A stretch of 43,259 nt of DNA from an uncultured bacterium (GCA_964400815.1 CAYNWJ010000002.1:1-43259), one strand, 5' to 3'; counted from the first letter of the stretch, positions 1 to 8,882 are shown. Notes: generated from the sequence alone by a model not told the origin. Numbers and translations are program-made.

Positions 1-1879
1 CCGGCACAAGATTGTCATTTTCGTTTGTATCGGTTCTATTGTTACCATTCCTGTCCAATCCCGGGAATATTCCGTTTCTGTCACGGACATCCGAGAAAAT
101 ATGGAAATCAGGGAAACGGTCTTTGTCGTCATTGTCATCGACCGTGCTGATCATCATCGTATTCGCCATGAAACCAGCTGAGTCCGATGAACCTGACGGG
201 GTCTCATGACCACCCTGGAGACTGACGTCGTCGTGGAAATACGGCGTCCAGGAGTGCAGGGGAATCGACTTCATGGCAAAATATGACGGATCTGTGTTCT
301 CATACGTTGTCGAATACTGAGGATCGATATTGAAATACTCACCACCGATCTGGAATTTGCCGAACGTACGTTTCAAATTGATATAGTACGCATCGGAATT
401 CGTATTGAACTTCTTGGCGTCGTTATGCATGAATTGCCGGAATTTCAAATTCTTGTTGTATTCCGCGACGAATTCGAAATCCTTCACATCTGCATCGACT
501 CTGAAGCCCATAAGCATATTTGCCGTTTCCTGGCCATGCCGAAACTTCACCCAACCAAGATTTGACATGTCCTTTACATTTCCAGGCGCCTCGCGGGCTA
601 CATAAAAATAGGTGGCGTTCTTCTGGGTGTTGGTATTGTGTTCGTCGTGATAGATCTCTGATATGCTGAACTTATAATCATTTCCAACAAGAGACCTGAA
701 TTCTACATCGTTTACCTCTATAGGATCACCCGCAAGATTTGTCTTGGGCATTTCAAACCAGAACTGGAGATAATCCGATCCGTTGACCTCAAGATACTTC
801 TCGTTGCTGTCAGTGACAAGGGACTCCCTATACATATCAACGATATTTGTGGCGTTCTGGTTCCATCCCGCCGATATTTTGTCCCGCCTCATCAGAAAAT
901 TCTTGGGAAGTCGTTTCGATTCGGCATTGTCGAACTTTATATACTGCGGTATTCTGCGGGGATCCATGAAATATCTGTTTTGATACAGATCTTTAGCGGG
1001 ATTGTCCTGCAATGCGCGAACCTCGGTGAAATCGCGCTCCCAGCTTCCCTTGGTTATCCCGACGAGAATGTCCGGACGCCTCTCTCCATTAACAACGGGA
1101 ATCAACTCGTACATCCGGGGTCCACCGCCGTCGAACCTGCTTCCGTCCTCGAACTTGACAACCAGCATTTCCACATCATTGGGGTTCCATGGAATCGTGC
1201 CGGTAATCGAATTCTTCTGGCGCGATTGTGAACTGTCCGAACGATAAGAGTTGACATAGTTCGCCGCCACATTGAATATACCGACTTTCCGTTCATAGTG
1301 CGCACCCGTCATGTACACGGGAAGCAGCCTGTGGCGCAGTTCGTCGTTCACATAGTCACGTGAGAACCAGAGAGGAAGGTCTGCCCTGGAACTGATAAAG
1401 GTGAAATAGTTCTGCTTGATATCGAAATCCCAGCGAATACCGTTCAGGGCCGCCATGTCGACTGTCAACGGCGAGAATTTCACACGGATCTCATTTCCCA
1501 CGATAAACCGTGTCGAAAATGACTTCTGGGTTTCATGAACGACAACGAGATTATTCAAATACTGACGAAAGTACTCGCCCTCGTCGATCTCGTTCGTTTT
1601 GTTGATGGTACTGTATTTTTCTCCGGCCTTCGTATGGCGTGAGTTGATCTTTTCCTCATTCCAGTTGAAGACACGGACACCATCCATGATATAATTACCG
1701 AAACTGTCATATTTCGGGTTGGCCTGACGGTTGATAACCGAACGGCCGTATTTGTGATACCCTGTACGTGCATAATTTTCCGGTTCCATGCCAGGTTTGA
1801 ACAACAGCTGGCTGAATGCCGTCCCATGCACCGATAGCAGGAGAAGTACTCCTGTTACAATGTGCGACCATCGTTTCAT
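1..1879 (-). CDS. Large secreted, predicted outer-membrane protein; paralog of the 1928..4888 product. N-terminal >=626 codons only, because the gene runs off the window start.
   Basis: Absent from the ORF track because it has no stop in the window. My reverse-complement translation from ATG at 1879-1877 reads MKRWSHIVTGVLLLLSVHGTAFSQ (signal peptide) and stays open down to position 2 (last codons ..NLVP). It aligns by eye with the 986-aa neighbour: AYYINLKRTFGKFQIGGEYFNIDPQY vs AWFVNAEKTFGDWSVGAELFNYPNEY, VDDNDDKDRFPD vs IDDNDDDDHLPQ, and NGIRWDFDIKQNYFTFISSRADLPLW vs GGFRWDASSRKNNVSLVASAGDRPLY. Confidence 0.8.
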   Translation of the reverse strand, partial: MKRWSHIVTGVLLLLSVHGTAFSQLLFKPGMEPENYARTGYHKYGRSVINRQANPKYDSFGNYIMDGVRVFNWNEEKINSRHTKAGEKYSTINKTNEIDEGEYFRQYLNNLVVVHETQKSFSTRFIVGNEIRVKFSPLTVDMAALNGIRWDFDIKQNYFTFISSRADLPLWFSRDYVNDELRHRLLPVYMTGAHYERKVGIFNVAANYVNSYRSDSSQSRQKNSITGTIPWNPNDVEMLVVKFEDGSRFDGGGPRMYELIPVVNGERRPDILVGITKGSWERDFTEVRALQDNPAKDLYQNRYFMDPRRIPQYIKFDNAESKRLPKNFLMRRDKISAGWNQNATNIVDMYRESLVTDSNEKYLEVNGSDYLQFWFEMPKTNLAGDPIEVNDVEFRSLVGNDYKFSISEIYHDEHNTNTQKNATYFYVAREAPGNVKDMSNLGWVKFRHGQETANMLMGFRVDADVKDFEFVAEYNKNLKFRQFMHNDAKKFNTNSDAYYINLKRTFGKFQIGGEYFNIDPQYSTTYENTDPSYFAMKSIPLHSWTPYFHDDVSLQGGHETPSGSSDSAGFMANTMMISTVDDNDDKDRFPDFHIFSDVRDRNGIFPGLDRNGNNRTDTNENDNLVP

Positions 1880-1927
1880 GTTGATCCCTTCACTTGTTAT
1901 CCGTTATCACTCGTATTCAACACGCTA

Positions 1928-4888
1928 TTAATTCGAGGCCTCGGACTGAAGTGTGATGAAATACTCCGTCGCGCCGGGGTCCTTCTTACTGATATCGTGA
2001 ATATATTTCTGCTTCGAAAACCGTACACCCGCCATAACGAGCAGATTGAATCCTTCATAGAGCGTCTGGTTCTCGAACGCGACAATCAGACGCCGCCTGT
2101 CGTAATCATAGAGCTTTCCTGCCGACTGAGTCCGGGTGCGATACATCTCCGGGAAGCCGGGGAAGCCCTGGATGCCAAGGCGAAGAAGAGTTTTCGGTGC
2201 AACACGGTAATCGAATCTGATAATCGGATAAACCTGCAAGGTACGTGTCTTTCTGTCGTACTTGTGGATATCGTAATTGTTGGGACGGCTGTAACTGTAG
2301 GTATGCACAACCTTGATCATCGGCATGAGCTTCATTTCCTTGATGCGTTTCTCACGCCAGAGACGAACGCCGAAAAGGCGAACCGAGGGAAGCACCCGCG
2401 CATCAGCGACACGGAGCGTATAATCGGCCTTGTGCTCGAGACCGTAATTATAGCCGCCATAGCGCTTGATACGTTCGTTTCCATTGTAGATTTGAAGAAG
2501 ATTCTGAATGTTCTCTTCCTCTGTGCCGTCCGTTCTACGCTGGTCGCCGACCTGATAGGATGTCGAGAACCGGGCATTGTTGATGATGTTCATATTTGGA
2601 ATCATGGTGAACCTGGTCGACAGAGTATTTGATGTCGTCCAGTTGTTTATCAGGTTATGATTCCCCTCATCGAGATTATAATCATCCTTGATTCGTTCCG
2701 TCCTGTTGTAGAAAAGGAACTCGCCGATACCAGGAAGCCTCTGGAAATGCTCGAATTTCATGTAACGGGTGAAGTTCCGTCCGCCCAGATATTCCTGCTT
2801 GACATCATAATGACCAAATGTGAGAATCGTGGAAAGTTTCGGCCGTACTTTCAGGAAGTAATGTTGGCCTTTCGAATCGCGGTCATACGGAAGGTCGATC
2901 TGGGCGTCGTTCTCCCGGCTGTCGATGGTGCCGTTGTGATTGAAATCGTCGCCGATCGAGATATGATCATAGAAATAACTGAGATACTCCTCATTGTTCC
3001 ATGTCGTGTCGACCATGCGATCGAAATCAGCATCGCCGTATCTCACGAGATTGTCATATGAAGAGGAATTATACGTTCCCGACGCACTGTCGTATTGGGG
3101 CAGGTGGTCGTCATCATCGTTGTCGTCGATGGGCGCCCAATATTGCATGTACTCGTTGGGATAATTGAAGAGTTCGGCGCCGACACTCCAGTCGCCGAAG
3201 GTCTTTTCGGCGTTCACGAACCATGCGCGCGAGGTGTATTCGTTCTTCGCGGCGCCGCTGAGTTTATCGTTCAAGGGATATGACCAGAACGTATTGTTCT
3301 CGTTGAACTCAGCCCTGACGAACAATCCACGCCAGTCAAGCTCCATGTTCATGCCGTACACGTTCATGCCGGTGATACGGTCATATTCGACGCGAACCCA
3401 CTTCTGGTTCGAACCGTCCTTGACATTGCCGGGAGCTTTTGCACAATGCTTCTGGTCATATGAAGCGATACTCCAGTTTCCCTTCCATGAATCGCTGAGA
3501 GGCTCGTCATACCAGTCGGCCTCGCTGTCCATGCGATGGCTGTAGAGAGGTGCAATCAAATCAATACAGTAATCGTTGGCGGCAAGAACATCGAACTTGA
3601 GCTTGCGCGTTCCATTGGGAACGAGAAATTCATACACGACAAGGTCGCTGTTCTTCGCCTCCAGGTAGCCCTGGGACATATCAGCCTTGAACATGCGTTT
3701 TCTGTCACTTGGATCGTCCGGATCCCACATCTCGTTTGGATCGAGAAGACTGAGATATCCCACAGCGCCCGTTTCACCGCTCTTGTGGAAAAGGTCGTTG
3801 AGAATACGGGAGTTCATCAGGTCCAGAAGCCAGGAACCACGATTGTTACGATCCTGGGAAACATCCCTGTGCAGAAAGTCCGAAGAAGTTCCAACATAGT
3901 GACTGAACACATACTGCTTCTGGAATTCGCCCTGATAATAGCGTTTTCTGTGAAACATGTCGGAAATACGGAACACGCGTCCCTTGACAGGATATTCCTC
4001 GCCCTTGAATGCGATTTTTTCCTGTTTTCCGTTTATGTATGCCCGAACATCATAAACCATGGCGCCGGGACCTTGATCCTCGGGAGAATCATCAGTCACC
4101 ATGATATAGATGTAACGGGGTTCGTCCTTGATGATCGTGGAACTCGTGAGATCGGATCCATCGATATCCTGGTGGGAATAATCGACCGTCCCACGCTGAC
4201 GAGCGACATATGTGGCGCCGATCTTGAGAATATCGCCGAGCACACTCTGCCAGTGAACGCCGTACAGCGGGCGGTCGCCGGCGGAAGCCACGAGAGACAC
4301 ATTGTTTTTCCTTGACGAGGCATCCCAGCGGAATCCTCCGAAATTGGTCTGTTTCAGAGTGGACGGCGTAAAGAACGTCCTGATCCCTCGACCGTAACCG
4401 CCGGACTGTCCGCCATTGGCGATAATGAACTTGGTCTGCCAGTTCGAGAATTCGTCCGAAGCAATCATGAGATTGTTGAACACTCTGTTCGACCAACGAT
4501 CATCCTGCCATTCCTCGGCGCCCAGTTTCGAACGATTCCATGTCATCGTATAAATCTCGCCGCCGGGCAGAAGGAAATTGCCAAACTGATCGTAGGTGAC
4601 GGGGGATACGGGGCCGCGTTTGACGATATTATCGACATATTCGACAGCCGAATGTCCCTCCTCGAGCTTACGGGCCCGCGGATACCGCCGCATATCGTAC
4701 GTACCGAAATTCTCATATCGGTCGAACCATCGCGGCCGGTATTCCTTGGATAGAAAAGTCTGCGACCAATACCTGCGCTCCGTTACAATTTGCGCCGAGG
4801 CAGATTGCATCAAGATCAGGAGCGCGATACCGGGTATCACAGCACTTTTAACCAGATCTCTCAAAATTTTCCCTGTATTCATCGGCAC
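1928..4888 (-). CDS. Giant (986 aa) secreted, predicted beta-barrel outer-membrane protein of unknown family
   Basis: Long ORF with a GTG start at 4888 (ATG alternative at 4882) and AGGA 8 nt upstream. Signal peptide VIPGIALLILMQSASAQ. Alternating hydrophobic beta-strand pattern towards the C-terminus (RLIVAFENQTLYEGFNLLVMAGVRF). Asp/Asn-rich calcium-loop-like motifs (DDNDDDD, DDFNHNGTIDSRENDAQID). I recognise no catalytic motif. Confidence 0.85.
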   Translation of the reverse strand: MPMNTGKILRDLVKSAVIPGIALLILMQSASAQIVTERRYWSQTFLSKEYRPRWFDRYENFGTYDMRRYPRARKLEEGHSAVEYVDNIVKRGPVSPVTYDQFGNFLLPGGEIYTMTWNRSKLGAEEWQDDRWSNRVFNNLMIASDEFSNWQTKFIIANGGQSGGYGRGIRTFFTPSTLKQTNFGGFRWDASSRKNNVSLVASAGDRPLYGVHWQSVLGDILKIGATYVARQRGTVDYSHQDIDGSDLTSSTIIKDEPRYIYIMVTDDSPEDQGPGAMVYDVRAYINGKQEKIAFKGEEYPVKGRVFRISDMFHRKRYYQGEFQKQYVFSHYVGTSSDFLHRDVSQDRNNRGSWLLDLMNSRILNDLFHKSGETGAVGYLSLLDPNEMWDPDDPSDRKRMFKADMSQGYLEAKNSDLVVYEFLVPNGTRKLKFDVLAANDYCIDLIAPLYSHRMDSEADWYDEPLSDSWKGNWSIASYDQKHCAKAPGNVKDGSNQKWVRVEYDRITGMNVYGMNMELDWRGLFVRAEFNENNTFWSYPLNDKLSGAAKNEYTSRAWFVNAEKTFGDWSVGAELFNYPNEYMQYWAPIDDNDDDDHLPQYDSASGTYNSSSYDNLVRYGDADFDRMVDTTWNNEEYLSYFYDHISIGDDFNHNGTIDSRENDAQIDLPYDRDSKGQHYFLKVRPKLSTILTFGHYDVKQEYLGGRNFTRYMKFEHFQRLPGIGEFLFYNRTERIKDDYNLDEGNHNLINNWTTSNTLSTRFTMIPNMNIINNARFSTSYQVGDQRRTDGTEEENIQNLLQIYNGNERIKRYGGYNYGLEHKADYTLRVADARVLPSVRLFGVRLWREKRIKEMKLMPMIKVVHTYSYSRPNNYDIHKYDRKTRTLQVYPIIRFDYRVAPKTLLRLGIQGFPGFPEMYRTRTQSAGKLYDYDRRRLIVAFENQTLYEGFNLLVMAGVRFSKQKYIHDISKKDPGATEYFITLQSEASN

Positions 4889-4914
4889 TATCTATCCTGT
4901 CGTTTTGGCATTTT

Positions 4915-5880
4915 TCAGAATGAAACTCCGAATGATACAAAATGACGACCGCCGGAATTCGAAAGCGCGATCGGCAGATTGTAAGCGTAATCGAACACCA
5001 TCGAGCCGAAATTATACCCGAGGCCGAAATCGAAGTCCGTACGTTCGACATCGTCTTCGAAATCGCTGCCATAGATGACACCGCCCCTGAGCTTGAGGCT
5101 CGTACCGGTTACACCTGATTCGACACCACCGCGTAATATGGTTTCGCCGTTGACGAATGCCACATCGACTTCACCGAGAACCTCGCCGCGCTGGGCCATG
5201 AGGCCAAGGCCCACTTCAATGGGGAGTTTTCCGCCGTCGTCACCCGATTCGGAAATGTTCGGCATGATTGCGTCCCGAATATAGAGACCGGTCGCGAAAT
5301 CGGCGAGGCCGAACAGTTCACCGAGAGCATACGACGCGCTCAGGTCAAGGGAGAAGGAAACTTTCGAAAGATCGTCATCGCTTTTTCCGGAATAGGGATC
5401 ATCCTGGCCTTCGATCGCCCAGCGGAGTACCTTTATGTTTCCGCCGAGGGCGAAACGCTCGCCAAGGGTGGTGCCGTATGCCGCGCTGATGACCATCTCG
5501 TTTGCGCCGTCGGCGCCGAGACCGGATATGCCGAATCCGAGCCCGCTTGATTCACCGAGAGGATTCACATACGTGAGCTGATATTTCATCAGGTCGCTTG
5601 TGATCGTCGGGTTGAGCATGCCATAGGCAAGACCCACGCTCCTGTTGCTGATTGCGGAAAGTCCCGCCGGATTGTAGAAATATCCGGCTGCGTCGCCGGA
5701 GGATGCGAGGAAAACCTCGCCCATGCCCATGGGCCGCGCCGTTTGACCGGCCGTGTCGAAAAATGCCGCGTTCGCCGTTGCGGCGGAAATAAAGACCAGA
5801 AGAACCGCCACCGCCAGCATGAATCTGGGCCTACTCTGGTGAACCGATCGAGTGATTGCTTTTCTGTTTTTTCCCGTCAT
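4915..5880 (-). CDS. PorV/PorQ/PorP-class (T9SS-associated / UPF0164-like) outer-membrane beta-barrel protein
   Basis: The track ORF 4915..6156 is trimmed to the ATG at 5880 (MTGKNRKAITRSVHQSRPRFMLAVAVLLVFISAATANA signal peptide; alternative ATG at 5820). N-terminal motif ARPMGMGEVFLASSGDAAGYFYNPAGL is typical of PorV/PorQ-like barrels. The C-terminus ..HFVSFGVSF ends in the aromatic OMP beta-signal. Confidence 0.65.
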   Translation of the reverse strand: MTGKNRKAITRSVHQSRPRFMLAVAVLLVFISAATANAAFFDTAGQTARPMGMGEVFLASSGDAAGYFYNPAGLSAISNRSVGLAYGMLNPTITSDLMKYQLTYVNPLGESSGLGFGISGLGADGANEMVISAAYGTTLGERFALGGNIKVLRWAIEGQDDPYSGKSDDDLSKVSFSLDLSASYALGELFGLADFATGLYIRDAIMPNISESGDDGGKLPIEVGLGLMAQRGEVLGEVDVAFVNGETILRGGVESGVTGTSLKLRGGVIYGSDFEDDVERTDFDFGLGYNFGSMVFDYAYNLPIALSNSGGRHFVSFGVSF

Positions 5881-5950
5881 ATCTGATTTACCCGTCCAGT
5901 TTGAAGTTATATAAGATAAAGTAATCGGAAATCTCAAAGCTCTCGATTCG

Positions 5951-8224
5951 TCAGTATCCGACAACAACCGAGCCACTCTCGACCTTCTCACCGTCATCGG
6001 TGTCTGCAACAACCTGGTAGAGATACACACCCGGAGGAACGAGATCACCATCCTCGTCCTTGCCGTCCCAGTATCCCGGCATCTTGCGGGCCCCGCCCTG
6101 ATTGTCACGCTTCTGGTCGTCGGGCACGAACCACGGCCCCGGTTCCAGGTCGCCATCGTAAATTGTCGTCACCAGACTGCCCTTGGTGTCGTAAATCTTG
6201 ATCTTCAGATCAGCGTCGATTTTTGCAAGATTGAACTCGATCACCGTAAAGTCGTTGACATCGTCATCGTTCGGCGTGAACACCTTGGGAACCGCCTTCA
6301 CGTCCGAAAGAACACCCTTGATGATCGAAGAGGTCATGACCGTCCAGGTGCCGAGGTCCCTGTTTTCCCAGACCCTCAGGCCGCCGGCGCCGTCATTGCC
6401 GCTCTCATTGTATACCCACGCGTTGAAATTGTGGATATTTCGAAGCAGTTTGGTTCTGAACGTCACATAAAGTGAATCGGGTCCGGAATTGTCAGTATCC
6501 GTGATCGCGTTCGTAAATTCGATATAGAGCGAATCGGGTGTGGACTGCTTGATATCGACCAGTCCGTTGTTGTCCACGGTCAGTTCCGAATCGGTGTCGG
6601 TGCTGTGGACCGAAACTCCGGAACCGTATCCCGGCGTGGACAGCACGAGATTCTTGATATTCTGACCGGCCTGCAGATCGTAGGAAAGCGTGTAGACGAA
6701 TGTTGTGTCGATACCCATCGCCACACGGTTGGGAACGATATAACCGGAAGCGCCCGCAAGAGGCTGATCCTCTTCGGAATACCTGAAAGCGATCTCCTTG
6801 AGGACCGGCGTCTTGTAAATGTCCTGCGTCTCGAGCTTCGCACGGTATTTGATCATTGACGCGGGCTCGGGTGACTCAAGAGGGAAGGACTTGATGGAAT
6901 ATTCGGAGCTCCAGGGGCTCTCGACGAGCGTTCCCTCAGCACTGTAATAGGCCGTTTTCGTCTGAACCTTGATGTCGGTGCCTTCGGGCATGCTTCCTTC
7001 CCATGAAATGGCATCGAAATTCTTCATGACGTTCGGAAGGCCGAAATCCTCCCAGTTCGATTCATACGCGCCCTCATAGGTGTATCCGACACCATAGATC
7101 ATGATATCGCCGATGATCGGGAATTCCTGACGGGGCTCGGTGATCCTGAACCTGAGATACCGCGCCCACTCGTCGGGAAACTCGACCGTCGCGTAGTCGT
7201 ACCCGCCCTCGTCTGCGTTGGTCACACCGATCTCATGGATGACATTGACCTCTTCCCAGCGGAACTTGTCGAGGGAAATGTCAACCGCGTAACCGCGTAC
7301 CGATTTGCGCTCCCACTCATTGGGGTTCGTGCCGCCGGTGTAGAGAACGAGCCTGTTCACACGGTAGATTCTTTCAAGGTCGACATAGCGCCAGGATCCA
7401 AGCGGCTCCTGATTGTAGGCAAAGAAGGTATTGGTGGGATCGCCGTCCGTCAGCTTGTCTTCCTGGGCGGGCTTGCCCTGGGCGATGTTTTCCCCCTCGA
7501 TCTGGCGAAGCTGAATACCGCCGTTCTCGGCGCTTCCGAGGTCCACATTGCCGACATAGCCGGTGACAACCTCGATGTGCGGATCGGGAAGATAGCTCAA
7601 CTGGCCCATATCCATTTTGCCGAGCATGACCTGCCCGAGCTGTGCCTTAATGCCGGTGTCATCGAGGATGGTGGTCCGGCGGCCGGAATTGTAGCCCAGC
7701 TCATACCAGGTGTCCCCACCCCAATCGGCGCTCGTGATGTCGCCGGAATAATAATACCAGCGAACAGGGAAGATCTCGCGCGTACCGCCGACAACCGCGG
7801 ACCGGCGCTTGAGCGTCGTGGTTCCGAGCCAATCGGCGCCGGCCTTGATATCGACCATGAGACCGTTGCCCAATCCGGTGCCGCTGTTGTGAACCTTGAT
7901 GCCGACAAGAACATCCGCAGCGGAAACGTTTACGGTGTAAGTCTCAACTGTCGTCCAGTCGTCATCCGACCCGACTTCTTCACCATTAATATACAGGGTA
8001 TACTCATCGACGGCGGTGATATTCACCTCGATGTCATCGTACGGAGCGTTCGGCCCGGACAGGTGCGCCATGTAGTAAATGGTGTGAGGCCAGGAAGTCC
8101 ATGTCGAGTCCTTGACAGCCATAACGGCGGCGAAGGAAGGACTTGCAAAAGCACAGAGCATCAGCCCGATTGCCAACAAACTCGCCACATAGATCTTAAT
8201 ACCACTCCTCAATGTAACCTCCAC
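5951..8224 (-). CDS. Secreted multidomain lectin-like protein: N-terminal CBM-like beta-sandwich, F5/8 type C (discoidin) domain, Ig-like region, and T9SS type-B/FlgD-Ig-like C-terminal sorting domain
   Basis: 757-aa ORF with signal peptide IKIYVASLLAIGLMLCAFASPSFAA. The track start is GTG at 8224; a TTG at 8212 sits 5 nt after GGAGG and may be the true start. Domain motifs: YTLYINGEEVG (CBM-like), WRYVDLERIYRVNRLVLY...ARYLRFRITEP...IMIYGVGY (discoidin), and C-terminal VFTPNDDDVNDFTVIEF...IKIYDTKGSLV...WDGKDEDGDLVPPGVYLYQV (CTD). No catalytic motif seen. Confidence 0.8.
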   Translation of the reverse strand: MEVTLRSGIKIYVASLLAIGLMLCAFASPSFAAVMAVKDSTWTSWPHTIYYMAHLSGPNAPYDDIEVNITAVDEYTLYINGEEVGSDDDWTTVETYTVNVSAADVLVGIKVHNSGTGLGNGLMVDIKAGADWLGTTTLKRRSAVVGGTREIFPVRWYYYSGDITSADWGGDTWYELGYNSGRRTTILDDTGIKAQLGQVMLGKMDMGQLSYLPDPHIEVVTGYVGNVDLGSAENGGIQLRQIEGENIAQGKPAQEDKLTDGDPTNTFFAYNQEPLGSWRYVDLERIYRVNRLVLYTGGTNPNEWERKSVRGYAVDISLDKFRWEEVNVIHEIGVTNADEGGYDYATVEFPDEWARYLRFRITEPRQEFPIIGDIMIYGVGYTYEGAYESNWEDFGLPNVMKNFDAISWEGSMPEGTDIKVQTKTAYYSAEGTLVESPWSSEYSIKSFPLESPEPASMIKYRAKLETQDIYKTPVLKEIAFRYSEEDQPLAGASGYIVPNRVAMGIDTTFVYTLSYDLQAGQNIKNLVLSTPGYGSGVSVHSTDTDSELTVDNNGLVDIKQSTPDSLYIEFTNAITDTDNSGPDSLYVTFRTKLLRNIHNFNAWVYNESGNDGAGGLRVWENRDLGTWTVMTSSIIKGVLSDVKAVPKVFTPNDDDVNDFTVIEFNLAKIDADLKIKIYDTKGSLVTTIYDGDLEPGPWFVPDDQKRDNQGGARKMPGYWDGKDEDGDLVPPGVYLYQVVADTDDGEKVESGSVVVGY

Positions 8225-8420
8225 TCGAATAATCCGGAATTGGACATTATTCCCTTCGGGAAATTTTTGTTGTTCTCGATTCGCACCGAAAAAAACATGT
8301 TCAACTCAAGCCAATGGCTTTGAGCATCACCCCCTTAAAAAACCCGAAGGCCTGATTATGTAATAGAAAAATATGTAATTACTATAGCTTACGTCCCTAT
8401 CTTTTATAAATGTTGAACTT

Positions 8421-8449
8421 ATGATAAACACTCAATCAAAGTATGTCAA
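8421..8449 (-). promoter_or_regulatory. Candidate sigma70-type promoter (TTGACA-17 nt-TATCAT) for the 8224->1 operon
   Basis: The minus strand reads cTTGACAtactttgattgagtgttTATCATaag. The -35 is at 8444-8449, the -10 at 8421-8426, with a 17-nt spacer. It lies about 190 nt upstream of the 757-aa start. Confidence 0.4.
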
Positions 8450-8810
8450 GCCAAAAAATGCTGCGGCGCTTAATATTTCAAGGCGTATCACTGCGCTACC
8501 GAAATACGGGCCGATTCAGTTTTTCTATACATTAAATGTTGCGATTCTGCAGAGGAAAGAGAGTGTCCAAAACAACCAAACGACACTTTGAAAAGCTCCA
8601 CGAATACTCCATTGGCTTAATTTATTGCACGTTATCAGCCAACACAAGAAAAAAAACAGAAATATTCAATTTTGTTTTCAGCCATTCTCACTCAACACGT
8701 TCAGAGGCGAAGCCCATGGGACCGGCTGATTTCCGAAACATGGAAGCTTCATCCATTCAATGCGCGGCGCGCACTCCCAAGCCAATCTAATTATGTAAAT
8801 CACTTTTTTC

Positions 8811-8839
8811 ATAATGCGTTTGTTTTCACAATCTGTCAA
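8811..8839 (-). promoter_or_regulatory. Second candidate sigma70-type promoter (TTGACA-17 nt-CATTAT), far upstream of the operon
   Basis: The minus strand reads cTTGACAgattgtgaaaacaaacgCATTATgaa. The -35 is at 8834-8839, the -10 at 8811-8816, with a 17-nt spacer. It lies about 580 nt upstream of the next minus-strand CDS and just downstream of the 8883 stop. Confidence 0.3.
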
Positions 8840-8882
8840 GAAAAATTTCTTTCCCCGCTATCCGCACACGTACATCATCTCC

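Noticed and set aside
3406-3415. GGTTCGAACC, resembling a tRNA T-arm
   Set aside because: It lies inside the 986-aa CDS, and no acceptor, D-arm or anticodon-arm complementarity surrounds it. It is not a tRNA.
4915-6156. Long N-terminal extensions in the ORF track (for example the 413-aa version of the PorV-like gene; similar cases at 11122, 13200..16553, 17076..18548, 18692, 19537, 20808, 21416, 24345..25265, 26230..27486, 29255..30424, 31080, 34722..35231, 35255..36493)
   Set aside because: The upstream parts overlap the preceding genes or intergenic DNA, lack RBSs, and precede an internal Met that has a good Shine-Dalgarno site and a signal peptide or canonical family N-terminus. I trimmed the starts accordingly.
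7235-8323. 362-aa plus-strand ORF opposite the discoidin/CTD protein
   Set aside because: It has no RBS, it runs into the non-coding spacer, and it has no motifs. The minus-strand product has a signal peptide, a discoidin domain and a CTD.
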